Source of the DNA: Nitrospirales bacterium
GTDB lineage: Bacteria; Nitrospirota; Nitrospiria; Nitrospirales; UBA8639
Direction of reading: 5' to 3'
DNA: 64,000 bases
Assembly: GCA_963555755.3 (NCBI GenBank)
Contig: OY820905.2
Span: 3,296,001-3,360,000 of the forward strand
Below the pieces are notes generated by a model. That model ran no database searches. It saw only the letters and a program-made list of their open reading frames with translations, and had not been told where the DNA came from. Below, piece by piece: positions 40,147 to 51,900 of this stretch. Position 1 is the first letter of the stretch, and the number at the start of each line of letters is the position of its first letter. The position numbers and the translations under genes are program-made.

Positions 40147-40950
40147 TTAGGGGACCGCATACACCATGCGCCGAACGGTATGGCCTTTATCTTTCAATAG
40201 TTTCACTAAACCGTCTTCACCGACCAGATGACCAACTCCAACGATTACCAAATAGTTTTCGTCTTTCCCAATATAGGATTCGATTTGCGGCATCCACTTC
40301 TGGTTCCGATCATAGTACACGGTTTTATAGATCTCAGGGGAAGCCTTTTCTTCTTCAATTATCCGTCCTAACTTGTCCTCATCCCCTCTGTGCCACGCGT
40401 CGACAAGCTGATTTAATCTTTGGTAGGCCCGCTTGGCATCCTGACGATTCTGTCCTGCCATGACTTTTTGGCTTTTCAGAATAATGTTGTCTAACACGCT
40501 CATCTGGTATTCCACACTCTCGAGCCCGAGAATCCGTTTTCCGGCGGTTTTGGCTTTCCAGTAGAAATGCTGGTCAACGCCAAACTTCCCCGCGAAATCC
40601 AACTTCATCATCAGGGCATTCTGAGACGTTCGGTTTATCGCAAAGGTTCGTTTTCGTTTGAGGAGTTTTGATTTTTTTCCTGACAGCACCTGGTTCAAGT
40701 CAACCTCGAACACAATGTTGGGCGAATCATAATAGGCATAATAAAATGCGCGGGTGAGGGGATAATACGCGGAGTTCAAAGCATGAATGGAGCCTAGTAA
40801 ATAGACGGTATTCGTTTCCGTTTTGATTTTCCAAATCGGTCCGTTGTTATATCCTTTCCCCATCTGATGGGCCTCAGCCGGTATGGCCAAACATAGTGAG
40901 AGAAGGCCGAGACACAAGAAACTGGACCCCAATCGAGACATTAAAATCAT
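40147..40950 (-). CDS. TraB/GumN family protein
   Basis: Signal peptide, YLLGSIH, GVD, GLESVEYQ, RNQKW, VGVGHLVG.DG. Confidence 0.85.
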   Translation of the reverse strand: MILMSRLGSSFLCLGLLSLCLAIPAEAHQMGKGYNNGPIWKIKTETNTVYLLGSIHALNSAYYPLTRAFYYAYYDSPNIVFEVDLNQVLSGKKSKLLKRKRTFAINRTSQNALMMKLDFAGKFGVDQHFYWKAKTAGKRILGLESVEYQMSVLDNIILKSQKVMAGQNRQDAKRAYQRLNQLVDAWHRGDEDKLGRIIEEEKASPEIYKTVYYDRNQKWMPQIESYIGKDENYLVIVGVGHLVGEDGLVKLLKDKGHTVRRMVYAVP

Positions 40951-41130
40951 GTTGCTACCCCTCAATGGATCATCGTCATTTGTTAGGAGAACGATTGAGA
41001 TTTCATCCTTCTTCTATCCTCGGTTGATTCCATACTCTATTGAGTGTTCCCTCTACTTTTCATTGTAGGCAGTCGTTGTTCGTTACTGGAGCCTTAGTCT
41101 TGTTTCCCCTCGATGCTCTGTTTTGAGACA

Positions 41131-41367
41131 GGGAATGTTGAAAAAATCCGCCAGCGGCGTTCTCGCCCTTTTGCCGTGCTCACGTACTATGAGTACGCTC
41201 CGCGCGTCAAAATGGCTGCGGCCTTTCCTTCGACTCTGCTCAGGACAGGACTGGATAGACCCTTCGGAAAGACTCAGGGCATGCTTTTTTGAACATTCCC
41301 TCCCTCTGACGATGTGTGGCTTATCTGAAGCGTGTATTGGCTATTGATGTAATTATTCAACAGCGCC
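41131..41367. repeat. MITE family A (extended form) with an internal REP-like insert CCTTCGACTCTGCTCAGGACAGG
   Basis: Near-identical to 55845-56058 apart from the insert and a diverged tail. Confidence 0.8.
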
Positions 41368-41506
41368 AGATCTTAAGAGTGGTCAGATTCATTCTCAGGT
41401 AACAGACATTGTTGAACAGGTATTGCATACGAAGAGGGGAGCTCCTAGAATGTTGGCCGGGGTTGAAAATAAGAGCTTCATATTCATTGCTTCAGAGAGG
41501 GATGCT

Positions 41507-41896
41507 ATGGCCACAGTAGGACAATTGATGACGAGCAATCTCAGCACCATTCCTGAAGACACTACAATTAAACAGGCCGCTGGCCATATGCATACCCAGC
41601 ACATTGGCAGCCTGTTGGTGAAAAAAGGCGAGGAATTTTCCGGGATTATCACGGAGACGGATGTGGTGCGGGCCGTGGCAGAGGAAGAAAATGTGTCTGG
41701 AATTTCAGTGGCCCAAGTAATGTCAAGCCCGATCTTAACCGTAGAGAAAAAACTGTCTCCTCACTATGCGCGTGACTTGATGGCTGATAAACGGATTCGG
41801 CACTTGGCGGTAACCGAGGAAGGGAAGATTGTAGGGATTATTTCAGCACGCGATCTGCTGGCCTATTTCAAGACCGTTTCGAAAGAAGTTGGCTAA
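41507..41896 (+). CDS. CBS domain pair protein
   Basis: IGSLLV, GIITETD, IRHLAV, GIISARD. Confidence 0.9.
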   Translation: MATVGQLMTSNLSTIPEDTTIKQAAGHMHTQHIGSLLVKKGEEFSGIITETDVVRAVAEEENVSGISVAQVMSSPILTVEKKLSPHYARDLMADKRIRHLAVTEEGKIVGIISARDLLAYFKTVSKEVG

Positions 41897-42770
41897 CGCC
41901 AATTTTATCAAGCACCGATCCCGTCGATACCAAATTCCGATTCAGGCCTAAGGCTTTTGGATCCATGCCCATGGCTAATCCTAGCAATTGCGGCAAGTGC
42001 AATATTGGAAGATCAATCTCCATGCCATTCTGTTTGGCAGCCTTGGATTGAAGACCATCCAAATTCAAATGACACAAGGGGCAGGGCGTGACCATGAGAT
42101 CAGCCCCATACTCCTTGGCATCTGAGGTATGATGAGCCACCATTTTTAACGAATTCGGTTGGTTGATCGTCAGAAGGGGCAACCCACAACAGCGAGTTTT
42201 CCCGGGGAAATCGACCACCTCCGCACCCAACAAATCTATCACGGTTTCCAGGGATTTAGCCCGAGCGGGTGTTTCATCAAATCCAAGTGCTTCACTTGGA
42301 CGCTGCAAATAACACCCATAAAACGGAGCCGCTCGCAACCCTGTAAGCGGGTGCTTCACAGACTGCCGAATTTTTTGCTCCCCAACATCCTCAATAAGAA
42401 TCCACACAAAATGCTTGACCCTTGTGGTACCACGGTAGGTAAGACCTTCTTCGGCCAATACCGTGTTAATCTCAGCCAAATACTCGGGATTGGACGTAAA
42501 CCGATGATTGGCCTGACTCATCACGCCCTGACAGGTGCTACAAATCGTCATGATGGGTAGACCTTGCTGTTCGGCTAAGGCCAAGGTATGGGCATTGAGA
42601 ATATCTCCCAACCGAAGATCTTTTTCTTGCAACACCCCAGCACCGGTACATGAAGCTGTGGCCATCTCTTCCAGTTCAATGCCTAGCTGTGGGTAGACCT
42701 GCATCACCGATTGGTACAATTCAGGGCATCCCCCTTTTGAGACACACCCTGGAAAGAAGGCATATTTCAT
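41868..42770 (-). CDS. HdrB-like CCG-domain subunit (SdhE type)
   Basis: YAFFPGC, SCTGAG, CSTC, FYGC, CCG, PCPLCH. Confidence 0.9.
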   Translation of the reverse strand: MKYAFFPGCVSKGGCPELYQSVMQVYPQLGIELEEMATASCTGAGVLQEKDLRLGDILNAHTLALAEQQGLPIMTICSTCQGVMSQANHRFTSNPEYLAEINTVLAEEGLTYRGTTRVKHFVWILIEDVGEQKIRQSVKHPLTGLRAAPFYGCYLQRPSEALGFDETPARAKSLETVIDLLGAEVVDFPGKTRCCGLPLLTINQPNSLKMVAHHTSDAKEYGADLMVTPCPLCHLNLDGLQSKAAKQNGMEIDLPILHLPQLLGLAMGMDPKALGLNRNLVSTGSVLDKIGVSQLLSKRS

Positions 42771-43726
42771 GGGAGGTTCCTCGTGTGGCGAAAGAGTCGG
42801 CGGATCCGGTCAATCCCTGGAATCGCGCGATGCAACGGACCAGACCTTGGGAGTTTTCCTCGAACCAAGGCTCGGAGCGTCATTGGTAGAAATGAAAGCA
42901 TTTGCCCAATGTTCTTTAATCCAAACGTCCGCATGGCTAACAAGGGCTCATCCAGCCGGCCTTTGTGTTCAATGAGATCAGCAAACACTTCGGCATGGCG
43001 GGAACCACAGGTGGATGGCATGCCTTGGTCAATGCCTTTGGCACGAAGATCCATGATACGATCCATGGCGCCCACCTCCTTTGGACAGACTTCGATACAC
43101 TCCATGCAACGTGTGCAATCCCACATACCGCCTGGGGTGTTCAGGGCCAATAACCTTGAGGGACTCGCCCCATCTCGAGGATCAGCCACGAACCGATAGG
43201 CCTTGGCTAATGCCGCAGGCCCAATGAATTGGTGATCGACTTCTAACGCGGCACAATCCGACACACAGGCTCCGCACATGATGCACCCCATAACTCCCGT
43301 CAAATGATTCATGGATTCCGGGGAAGCAATGTACTCAGCCTCGGGCTTAGGTCCTGCCGGTTGTAGCCAAGGCTGCACTTGCCGGATTTTGTCCCAAAAT
43401 CCATCCATGTCCGTCACTAGATCCTTGATGACGGGCATATTGTTCATGGGCTCCACTTGGACCGTACCATCCGGAGATTCCAGAGAAACCACTTTTGTTT
43501 TACAAGCCAATGCGGCATGCCCGTTGATGCGCATGCCACACGAGCCGCAAATCGCCCCACGACAGGAACACCGAAGGGTCAAGGAATCATCAACTGATTC
43601 TCGAATCTTAATGAGCGCATCGAGTACGGTATCCGATTGCTCGGTCTCTAATTCATACTCTTGGAAATAGGGTTGGGGAGATTCAGATTCAGGATTGAAT
43701 CGTTTTATGCGAAAGGTGGTTGGCAT
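42767..43726 (-). CDS. sdhB: Succinate dehydrogenase/fumarate reductase Fe-S subunit
   Basis: CSCRGAICGSC, CIMCGAC..C, CTRCMEC..CP; TAATG overlap with sdhA. Confidence 0.93.
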   Translation of the reverse strand: MPTTFRIKRFNPESESPQPYFQEYELETEQSDTVLDALIKIRESVDDSLTLRCSCRGAICGSCGMRINGHAALACKTKVVSLESPDGTVQVEPMNNMPVIKDLVTDMDGFWDKIRQVQPWLQPAGPKPEAEYIASPESMNHLTGVMGCIMCGACVSDCAALEVDHQFIGPAALAKAYRFVADPRDGASPSRLLALNTPGGMWDCTRCMECIEVCPKEVGAMDRIMDLRAKGIDQGMPSTCGSRHAEVFADLIEHKGRLDEPLLAMRTFGLKNIGQMLSFLPMTLRALVRGKLPRSGPLHRAIPGIDRIRRLFRHTRNLP

Positions 43727-45441
43727 TAGTAGACTCGTACTTGTGGTTCCCATTGTGTGATCCGAACGGGGAGATAATCCATTCGAGGTAGTCCCTTAGA
43801 ATTATGATAAACCAAAATATGTTTAAGCCAACTCTCATCATCCCGTTGAATATAGTCAGTACGAAAATGCGCACCTCGGCTTTCCGTCCGTGTCAATGCA
43901 CCTAATACAATGGTTTCGGCACAATCTAGCATCATGCTTAACTCCAACCCCTGAACCAGACTTGTGTTAAATACTTGACCTTTATCCTGGATAGCCACCC
44001 GACTCCACCGATCTCGTAATGCCGGCAAATGGGCTTGGGCGGCTTCCATGCCTTCCAGATCGCGAAATACCCCCAAATGTTTATTCATGGTCGTTCCAAG
44101 GTCCAGACGAATAGCCGCCACGGTATCGGTATTGGCCTTACGCTTCAAGAACTCCTGCACCATTTTCTGACCTTTGTCTGAAACGGAATCGGACACTCGT
44201 GGCTCTTCCACCGATTGGGCATAGGCGGCGGCACATGCCCCGGCCCGTCGGCCAAACACGACCGTATCCAAAAGAGAGTTCGCGCCCAATCGATTTCCAC
44301 CGTGTAAACTCAAGCAGGCCGTTTCACCCGCCGCAAATAATCCGGTGACGCCTTCCCACTTTCCCTGTATATCCCAACAGCGACCATCCACATCGGTTTT
44401 GATGCCACCCATATTGTAGTGCATTCCCGGCCGAATCGGAATGGGCTCTTCGGTCAAATCAATATTCGCGAAGGTTTTGGCTTCTTCAAATATTTGCCCA
44501 AGCCGTTCTTGAATGAGCCGTTTGCCCAAATTGCGACAGTCTAACAATACACACCCATTGATCCCCCGCCCTTCATTAATTTCAATTTGCTCTGCCCGCG
44601 ACACGACATCCCGCGAGGCAAGCTCCATCATGTTGGGGGCATACTGCTCCATGAATCGTTCCCCGTCGCCATTGATAAGATAGGCCCCTTCTCCCCGTGC
44701 CGCCTCAGTGATCAGGAGCCCCTTCCCCTTCAACGTCGTCGGATGATACTGCACCATCTCCATATCCATCAGAGGGGCCCCGGCACGATAGGCAATGGCC
44801 ATGCCATCGCCTGTACAAATCATGGCATTCGTACTTGGCTCAAACACGCGCCCTAATCCCCCTGCCGCAATGATGACCGCCTTGGCTTTGACAAAGGCAA
44901 ACTGGCCTGATCGGATTTCAAAGGCCACGACTCCGGCGCATCGGCCATCATTGTCGCGGACAACGGATGTTGCAAACCATTCTTCAAACACTGGGAGATT
45001 GGCTTTGAGGATTTGTTCATACAATACATGGAGTATGGCTTGCCCGGTAAAATCCGAGACAAAAAACGTTCGTGCTCGCTTTTGCCCACCAAACCGTCGC
45101 GTGCCCAATCGACCTTCATCGTTACGATTAAAAATGACTCCCATATGTTCCAGGGCAAGAATATCCTGGCCCGCTTCTTCCGCCAGAATTTCAATAGCAT
45201 CCTGGTCGCCTAAAAAATCGCTTCCCTTGACCGTATCAAATGCATGATCCTCCCATGTATCACCACGATCCGTGAGCGCGGCATTGATGCCGCCTTGGGC
45301 CGCATTGGAATGACTCCGAACGGGATGGACCTTCGTCAGGATCGCGACCTTTGCCCCGCCTTCATGCGCGGCCAACGCCGCCCGCATGCCCGCCAATCCG
45401 GCACCAAGAACCAGAATGTCAAATGTGTATGCGGTGGTCAT
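43726..45441 (-). CDS. sdhA: Succinate dehydrogenase/fumarate reductase flavoprotein
   Basis: GAGLAG, RSHSNAAQGG, QYHPT, EAARGEG, HGGNRLGANSL. Confidence 0.95.
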   Translation of the reverse strand: MTTAYTFDILVLGAGLAGMRAALAAHEGGAKVAILTKVHPVRSHSNAAQGGINAALTDRGDTWEDHAFDTVKGSDFLGDQDAIEILAEEAGQDILALEHMGVIFNRNDEGRLGTRRFGGQKRARTFFVSDFTGQAILHVLYEQILKANLPVFEEWFATSVVRDNDGRCAGVVAFEIRSGQFAFVKAKAVIIAAGGLGRVFEPSTNAMICTGDGMAIAYRAGAPLMDMEMVQYHPTTLKGKGLLITEAARGEGAYLINGDGERFMEQYAPNMMELASRDVVSRAEQIEINEGRGINGCVLLDCRNLGKRLIQERLGQIFEEAKTFANIDLTEEPIPIRPGMHYNMGGIKTDVDGRCWDIQGKWEGVTGLFAAGETACLSLHGGNRLGANSLLDTVVFGRRAGACAAAYAQSVEEPRVSDSVSDKGQKMVQEFLKRKANTDTVAAIRLDLGTTMNKHLGVFRDLEGMEAAQAHLPALRDRWSRVAIQDKGQVFNTSLVQGLELSMMLDCAETIVLGALTRTESRGAHFRTDYIQRDDESWLKHILVYHNSKGLPRMDYLPVRITQWEPQVRVY

Positions 45442-45494
45442 AATGAAAAACTATACTGAGGTTAACTAATTTCCATTCCCTCTGCTGATGGCGT

Positions 45495-45599
45495 AAATCC
45501 GAATCTCGAATATCGAAATCCGAAACAAATTTCAATGACCAAATAGAGAATTTAGGATTTCGGATTTGTTTCGGATTTCGATATTCGGATTTCGAGTTT
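45495..45599. repeat. Heptamer-repeat palindrome (CGAAATC/GATTTCG)
   Basis: About 36-bp inverted arms built of 7-mers; could act as a terminator. Confidence 0.75.
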
Positions 45600-45678
45600 A
45601 TGAAACGTATTTGGAATCACTATAGCAAAAGGAGAAAGGTGTGTTGGGAAAAAGAAGAACGGAAAGCTGACAGAGCAG

Positions 45679-47286
45679 CTAACCCATTTCAAGAAGATCA
45701 TGATCGGGATTTCGTTCTTTGGCAAAGTTTTTTGACCAGGGCGAGCGGAAGAGAACGACGGGACGATCCTGTTGATCTTTCACCACCATCCCATCTGACG
45801 GAGCACGAAAGGTGTTGACGTCTCCCACCAGCCAGGAGCTGCACTCAAAAGACAGCGCTTCCAATCTCGTTTCCACTCGGTATTCATTCCGAAGGCGATA
45901 TTGAAGCACATCAAATTGCAGGCGACCGACCGCAGCGACAAAGAATTCCAATTCATCCAGGCTTTTCATAATCTGGACCGTTCCTTCAGCCGCCATCTGG
46001 ACCATGCCTTTATCAAAGGCCTTGCGCTTCCCCACATCGGTCGGATGAATCCGGGCAAATACTTCGGCTTGAAATTGTGGAAGGGGTTTGTAATTGAACT
46101 CTTCTTGCAGTGAAATGGTGTCCCCAATGGCGAACTGTCCCGGATTAATAATCCCGAGGATATCGCCGGGATACGCTATATCCACCGTGGTTCGTTCCTT
46201 GGCCACGAGACTGTGTGGCCGAGAAAGGCGCACGTCACGGCCTAACCGATGGTGCTTCACGACCATGTCGCGTTCAAATCGTCCGGAGCAGACTCGAAGA
46301 AACGCAGTGCTGTCGCGGTGACGTGGGTTCATGTTCGCTTGGAGCTTGAACACATAGGCGCTAAACGGTGTGTCGATCGGGTCAACGACGATTTCCTCGC
46401 CATCGGGTTGATCCGCAGCGCGTGGTGTGGCCGAAGGCGCCAAATCTACAAACGCATCAAAAAAGTTTTCAATCCCGAAGTTGGTGAGGGCCGAGGCAAA
46501 AAAGACCGGGGTGACTTCTCCTCGCAAAAACTCTTCTTGGGAAAATGGATTGCCGGCGATTTCCAGAAGCTCCAAGTCATGATGGACTTGCGTGAGCAGC
46601 TCTTCCTCAATAAGGGATGTGGCCTCCGAGCGGTCTAACGTTATTTCCGTTCGGCTTGCTTTTGCGGCTCCACCGGCGGCCATTTTTTTAAAGAGGGAGA
46701 CTTGCTTCGTGGCGCGATCGACCACGCCGACAAACTGTTGACCTGAACCAACGGGCCAGTTCATGGCACTCGCATGGATGCCCAAGACCTCTTCGACCTC
46801 GGCCATGAGATCAAGGGGCGCACGGCCAGGCAAATCCATTTTGTTGATGAGAGTCAGGACCGGGATTTTTCTGAGGCGGCAGACTTCGAACAATTTTCGG
46901 GTCTGGGTTTCGACGCCTTTGGCCGCATCGATGACCATGATGGCACTATCCGCTGCAGTGAGGGTGCGATAGGTGTCTTCGCAAAAATCCTGGTGGCCCG
47001 GGGTGTCCAGTACATTGATCACGGCATCTTTGTATTTGAACTGCATGGCCGAGGCCGTAATGGAAATGCCGCGTTCTTGCTCCATGCCCATCCAATCGGA
47101 TGTGGCGGTCGTGGCGCTTTTTCGGCTCCCGACCATGCCGGCGGTACGGACCATGCCGGAATACAGCAACAGTTTTTCGGTGACCGTGGTCTTCCCGGCA
47201 TCCGGGTGACTGATGATGGCAAACGTGCGGCGTTTTTTCGCCTGAGCACGAACGTCGTTTTGTATTTGGATGTCGTAGGGAGGCAT
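45679..47286 (-). CDS. prfC: Peptide chain release factor 3
   Basis: RRTFAIISHPDAGKTT, SDWM..EQERGISIT, DTPGHQDF, HRD, VG.LQFDV. Confidence 0.95.
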   Translation of the reverse strand: MPPYDIQIQNDVRAQAKKRRTFAIISHPDAGKTTVTEKLLLYSGMVRTAGMVGSRKSATTATSDWMGMEQERGISITASAMQFKYKDAVINVLDTPGHQDFCEDTYRTLTAADSAIMVIDAAKGVETQTRKLFEVCRLRKIPVLTLINKMDLPGRAPLDLMAEVEEVLGIHASAMNWPVGSGQQFVGVVDRATKQVSLFKKMAAGGAAKASRTEITLDRSEATSLIEEELLTQVHHDLELLEIAGNPFSQEEFLRGEVTPVFFASALTNFGIENFFDAFVDLAPSATPRAADQPDGEEIVVDPIDTPFSAYVFKLQANMNPRHRDSTAFLRVCSGRFERDMVVKHHRLGRDVRLSRPHSLVAKERTTVDIAYPGDILGIINPGQFAIGDTISLQEEFNYKPLPQFQAEVFARIHPTDVGKRKAFDKGMVQMAAEGTVQIMKSLDELEFFVAAVGRLQFDVLQYRLRNEYRVETRLEALSFECSSWLVGDVNTFRAPSDGMVVKDQQDRPVVLFRSPWSKNFAKERNPDHDLLEMG

Positions 47287-47593
47287 TTCGATTACGTGCT
47301 TTTGGATCTAATCGTCAAAGTTGTGGTCGTAATTTAGGAAAAATTCAAACCTGGATTCCCGCTAAAAACCGCGGGAATGACGGTTGGATTTGTTGGAGGC
47401 CCGGTGCCACAACGAATCTCAATTTTCGTAGTTACATTTCGTATTGGCCCTTCTACCCGATTCATCTCTATCAAAAGGATTGCAGGTTTGGCAATGGTAA
47501 AAGCGTGAAACGAATTACGCTTGCACGCCGGAGCGCTGCAGCGCGCAGGCACGAAAATACGTCTCACGCTTCACGCCTTACGCTTCACGTCCC

Positions 47594-48967
47594 CTAGAGT
47601 GTATCAAGCTGCCCCTGGGCTCGGGCCAGATTCACGCGCGACGCATTAAAATTGAATAATCCTTCGATCAGATTATCACGAGCTTGCGCTACCGAGGTCT
47701 GTGCAGTCGTGACTTCGATATTGGTCGCGACCCCAACGGCAAACCGTTGGCGGGCAAGGTCAAGTTCCTTGAGTGACAGACGAAGACCTTTCTGAGCCAC
47801 GGCGACCTGTTGTTGTGTGGATTCCAGGGTGAGCATCGCATCTCGCACTTCCAAGGCGACTTGGTAACGAATATCTCGGGTGCGAATGGCTTCTTGCCGA
47901 ACCAGGCTCCGGCTTTCTGAAATGCGGCCCTCACGTTGTCCTCCGTCGAAAATCGGAATCGACAACAGCAATTGCACGTTGTCCGTCGTCAACGCATCGG
48001 GAATTTGATTGCCAATCATGCCTACATCCCCGCTACCGATTAATGAGGGTACTCGCTCCATGGTCACCGAACTCAAGGAGAGTTCGGCTAATCGTTCGCG
48101 CTTCTTTTGCGCTTTGAATTCAACACGGTTTTCTGTTGCGACTTGCAGCGCTTCTTCAACGGTTTGTTCAGGAACCTTGTGCAAGATGAGTTCGTCCGTG
48201 AGGACCAGCGACACGGTAAAGGACAAACCCATGGCACGAATAAGATTGAGCTTCGCGCGATCATGGTCGTTACGCGCGACTAACAAACGTTGTTTTTCAT
48301 TTTCCAATTGGACTTTGGCTCGTATCACATCCAGGCTGGTCGCCATCCCCGCATATTTTCGTTCAACGGCCAATCGGAGGAGTTCATTGTTGAGCTTCAC
48401 ATCTGCCAAACGAGCCTTGCCGGCAGCTTGAGCCCGCAGGGTTTCCAAATATGCCAACCCGACGGTGGCCATCGTATCCATCCTGGTAGTGGCGGAATCG
48501 AGGGTTGACACCTCTACATTGGTACGAGCGGCGCGCCATTTTTGGATGAGACTGAGGCTGAAGATGTTCTGAGTGAAGGATACGCGAGCTTGGTAAAAAT
48601 CGCGTGGGCTTGAGACCCCAGCCCCGCCCGCAAAGGAGCCCAGAAAAAACCGTCGTCTGGCTGCACTGGCAGTAGCAGAAAGATTCGGGAGTAACGTGCC
48701 AAGTTGGGTAAAGGCTTGGTCTTGTGCCTGGGTGATGCGCTCCTTAAACAACTGGACCGTCGGGTTTTCATCGACCGCCGCTTTCATCGCGTCCTGCAGG
48801 CTTAAGCGGAGCTCAGAGGGAATCTTAATCGAAGGGGAATTATCTTGTGCCAAGGCAGGGCTTGAAATGCCTGACAGTAAAACAAGACCGCCTAAAAAAA
48901 TGAACGTTCGGATGCATGGCTGGATGCGCCACGGCTTACTCGCATGGTGTACATTCATTGAATGCAT
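47594..48967 (-). CDS. TolC-family outer membrane protein
   Basis: Signal peptide, OEP repeats, LSIPIFDGG, upstream RND genes. Confidence 0.88.
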   Translation of the reverse strand: MHSMNVHHASKPWRIQPCIRTFIFLGGLVLLSGISSPALAQDNSPSIKIPSELRLSLQDAMKAAVDENPTVQLFKERITQAQDQAFTQLGTLLPNLSATASAARRRFFLGSFAGGAGVSSPRDFYQARVSFTQNIFSLSLIQKWRAARTNVEVSTLDSATTRMDTMATVGLAYLETLRAQAAGKARLADVKLNNELLRLAVERKYAGMATSLDVIRAKVQLENEKQRLLVARNDHDRAKLNLIRAMGLSFTVSLVLTDELILHKVPEQTVEEALQVATENRVEFKAQKKRERLAELSLSSVTMERVPSLIGSGDVGMIGNQIPDALTTDNVQLLLSIPIFDGGQREGRISESRSLVRQEAIRTRDIRYQVALEVRDAMLTLESTQQQVAVAQKGLRLSLKELDLARQRFAVGVATNIEVTTAQTSVAQARDNLIEGLFNFNASRVNLARAQGQLDTL

Positions 48968-48969
48968 GA

Positions 48970-51900
48970 TTAGGTTTCTTGCACTCCCTGTTGCGCAGCC
49001 TCATCAGGAGTCACCGTGCCTTGTCTTTTGAGTTTCCATTCCATGACCAAACTGAATAGCGCCGGAACCACCAGAAGGGTAAACACCGTGGATAGCATAA
49101 GCCCGCCCAACACCACACTCCCGATGCCTCGGTAGAGTTCCGATCCTGCGCCGGAGGATAACACTAATGGGAGGAGTCCAAATGTCGTAGTCAGCATGCT
49201 CATCATGATCGGACGGACCCGGGATCGAACCGATTCCGTAATGGCCTGACGCACTGACATGCCTCCCACCGTTTCGACTTCTCCTGACGTAAAGAGGTTT
49301 CGACGATTGGGATCCATGAAATTCAATGCTTGATGCACCACCAGGATGGCATTGTTCACCACAACCCCAATCAAAATAATAAAGCCGAGCATCGTCAACA
49401 CATCGAGTGGTTGATAGGTGACGAAGAGGTTGACAAGATATAGGCCCAGGATTCCTCCAGCCGCGGCCAATGGCACACTGAAAATGATCACAAAGGGGTA
49501 CACAAAACTTTCGAACAAGGCCGCCATGAGCAAATAGGTGATGAGCAAGGCCAAAAGAAAATTGTATTTGAGCGCGTCATACGTGTTGGTCAGCTCATCG
49601 GCAGCGCCGGATAATTGAATGTGATACAGCCGCCCCACACTGCCGCCTTCTTTAAGGGGAAGCAGAACCTGCTGTTCAATCAAGTCCATGGCGGTTTCCA
49701 ACGGCATTTGGCCAGAAGGAATAACCTGGATGGTAATGGCTCGCTCACGTTCTATGTGATTGATCTGTTCAGGTCCGGCCACCAATTTCACATCCGCAAT
49801 ATCGCCCACTGTTGTCAGTTTCCCACTTCGAGTATAGATCGGCAGGTTTTCCAGCTCTTGCGTCCGATCTGCATAGTGATCCACCCCTCGAATGGTCAGA
49901 TCAATTTCATCCCCTTCAAACTGATAATCACTCGCCTTGGTGCCATCGACTAAGGCATCAATAATAAAGCCCAATTCCTGATTGGTCATTTGTACATCGG
50001 CCGCACGGTGGCGTTTGAGGCTGATGCGGACTTCGGGGCTTCCTAGATCAAGGCTTGGCTTGGGACGAACTTGAGCACCAGGTAACACTTCCTGGACCTG
50101 CCCAAATATCTGTCTACCCAGAGCCACGAGTGTATCCAATTCTGGTCCGGTGATTTCGATATCGATATTCCGTCCTTCCCCAAGTCCGCGTTGAAACAGA
50201 CTACTTTGGGTGACAATGGCGATGACCCCAGGAATATCTGCCATGGCGCGCCGGAATACGGGTATCAAATCTCGGATTTGGGAATCGTCATTCGTGCGAC
50301 CCCCCATAAAGACGGACCTGCCGCGTGCCACATAGAAAAAGTTTAGAATGCTTGGACCGTCCAAGGCCGCCTCCTCAGGACTGCCGGGTTGGGCATCCCA
50401 GTGTGGTGCGAGAACTCTTTCCATCGTCTCACCCATACGGATGAATTCCCCGATATTGTAGCCTGGTGGAGGAAGCACAATGCCAATAATCAGATTACGG
50501 TTTCCTTCTGGCAGGTACTCGGCTTTAGGTAGGAGGAGCCACGTCATGCCAATTGCCAAGGTGGTCAACCCCAACACAATCCCAATCCGCCAAGGCACGC
50601 TGCCGGACATCCAGTAAATGAAGTTTCCTAATCGGTCTGAACTCACACCCATCCGCTCAACCATCCGGTGAACGCCATCAACCAACTCATGGGCTAAGAT
50701 TTTCATCCGTGAGGTCGGGATCTCTGAACTCCGTTCATGATGGCTCCTCGTTTTTAACAAACGTGCGGAAAGACAGGGGATCACGGTAATCGATACGATC
50801 AAGCTCAGTCCGACTCCGGCGCTGATGGCAATCGCGATATCCCGAAATAATTGCCCGGCTTGTTCTTCGATGAACACGATGGGCACAAACACCGCGATGG
50901 TCGTCAACGTACTCGCAAGCACCGCGCCCCAGACTTCGGTTGTGCCATCATAGGCGGCTTGAAACAGCGGCTTTCCCGCCTCTCGGTGACGGTAGATGTT
51001 TTCCAGCACGACAATGGAGTTATCGACTAACATGCCGGCGGCGAAGGTCATCCCGGCGAGACTGATGACATTGACGTTCCGATCCAATAACCACAAGGCA
51101 ATGAACGTACCCATAATGCTGATCGGAATGGCCAGACCAATCACAAGAGTGGTGCTACCGGTTCGCAAAAAGAGAAACAGAATCGTAATGGCGAGAATGC
51201 TGCCGATGATGAGGTTTTGTTGGACCAATTTCAGTGAGCTGTAGACATAGTCCGTCTCATCATAGATTTGAAAGAGTTTGAACCCTTGCCCTTTAAGAAG
51301 GTCTTCGTTGAGGTCGTCAACCGCTTCTCTGAGTTGGGTCATCGTGTCCAATATATTCGCGCCGGTTTCACGAATGGCATTGACCGCAATGGAATTTCGT
51401 CCCATTTCCCGCACGACGTGCGCGGGATCTTTATACGCGATGCTGACCTGGGCCACATCGCGAACATATACCGGAGCGCCGTTGCGCCGGGCGATGATGA
51501 CATTCGCCACGTCTTCGGGGCTTTGGTATTCCCCAACGGTTCGAACGACATACGAGCGTTTGCCTTCGTCGAAATCACCGGCACTGAAGTCACGATTCTC
51601 TTGATCCAGCGCTTGTGCGAGTTCACGGACTGTGAGAGATCGCATGGCTAACTTACCGGGATCAACCAGGACTCGAAGTTCCCGCTCTCGCCCTCCATAC
51701 ACGTTGGAAGCGGCCACCCCGGGAATCCGCTCGAATCGAGCCTTGATCACATCTTCCGCAAAGTCTCGCATGGTTTCGATATTGACTGGGTTACCTTCTA
51801 ACGGCTCAAAGATAAACCACGCCATGGCATTTCCGCGCGTATCCGCGCTGCTAATGACGGGCTCATCAACTTCATCAGGGTATTCTTTGACTTGGTTTAA

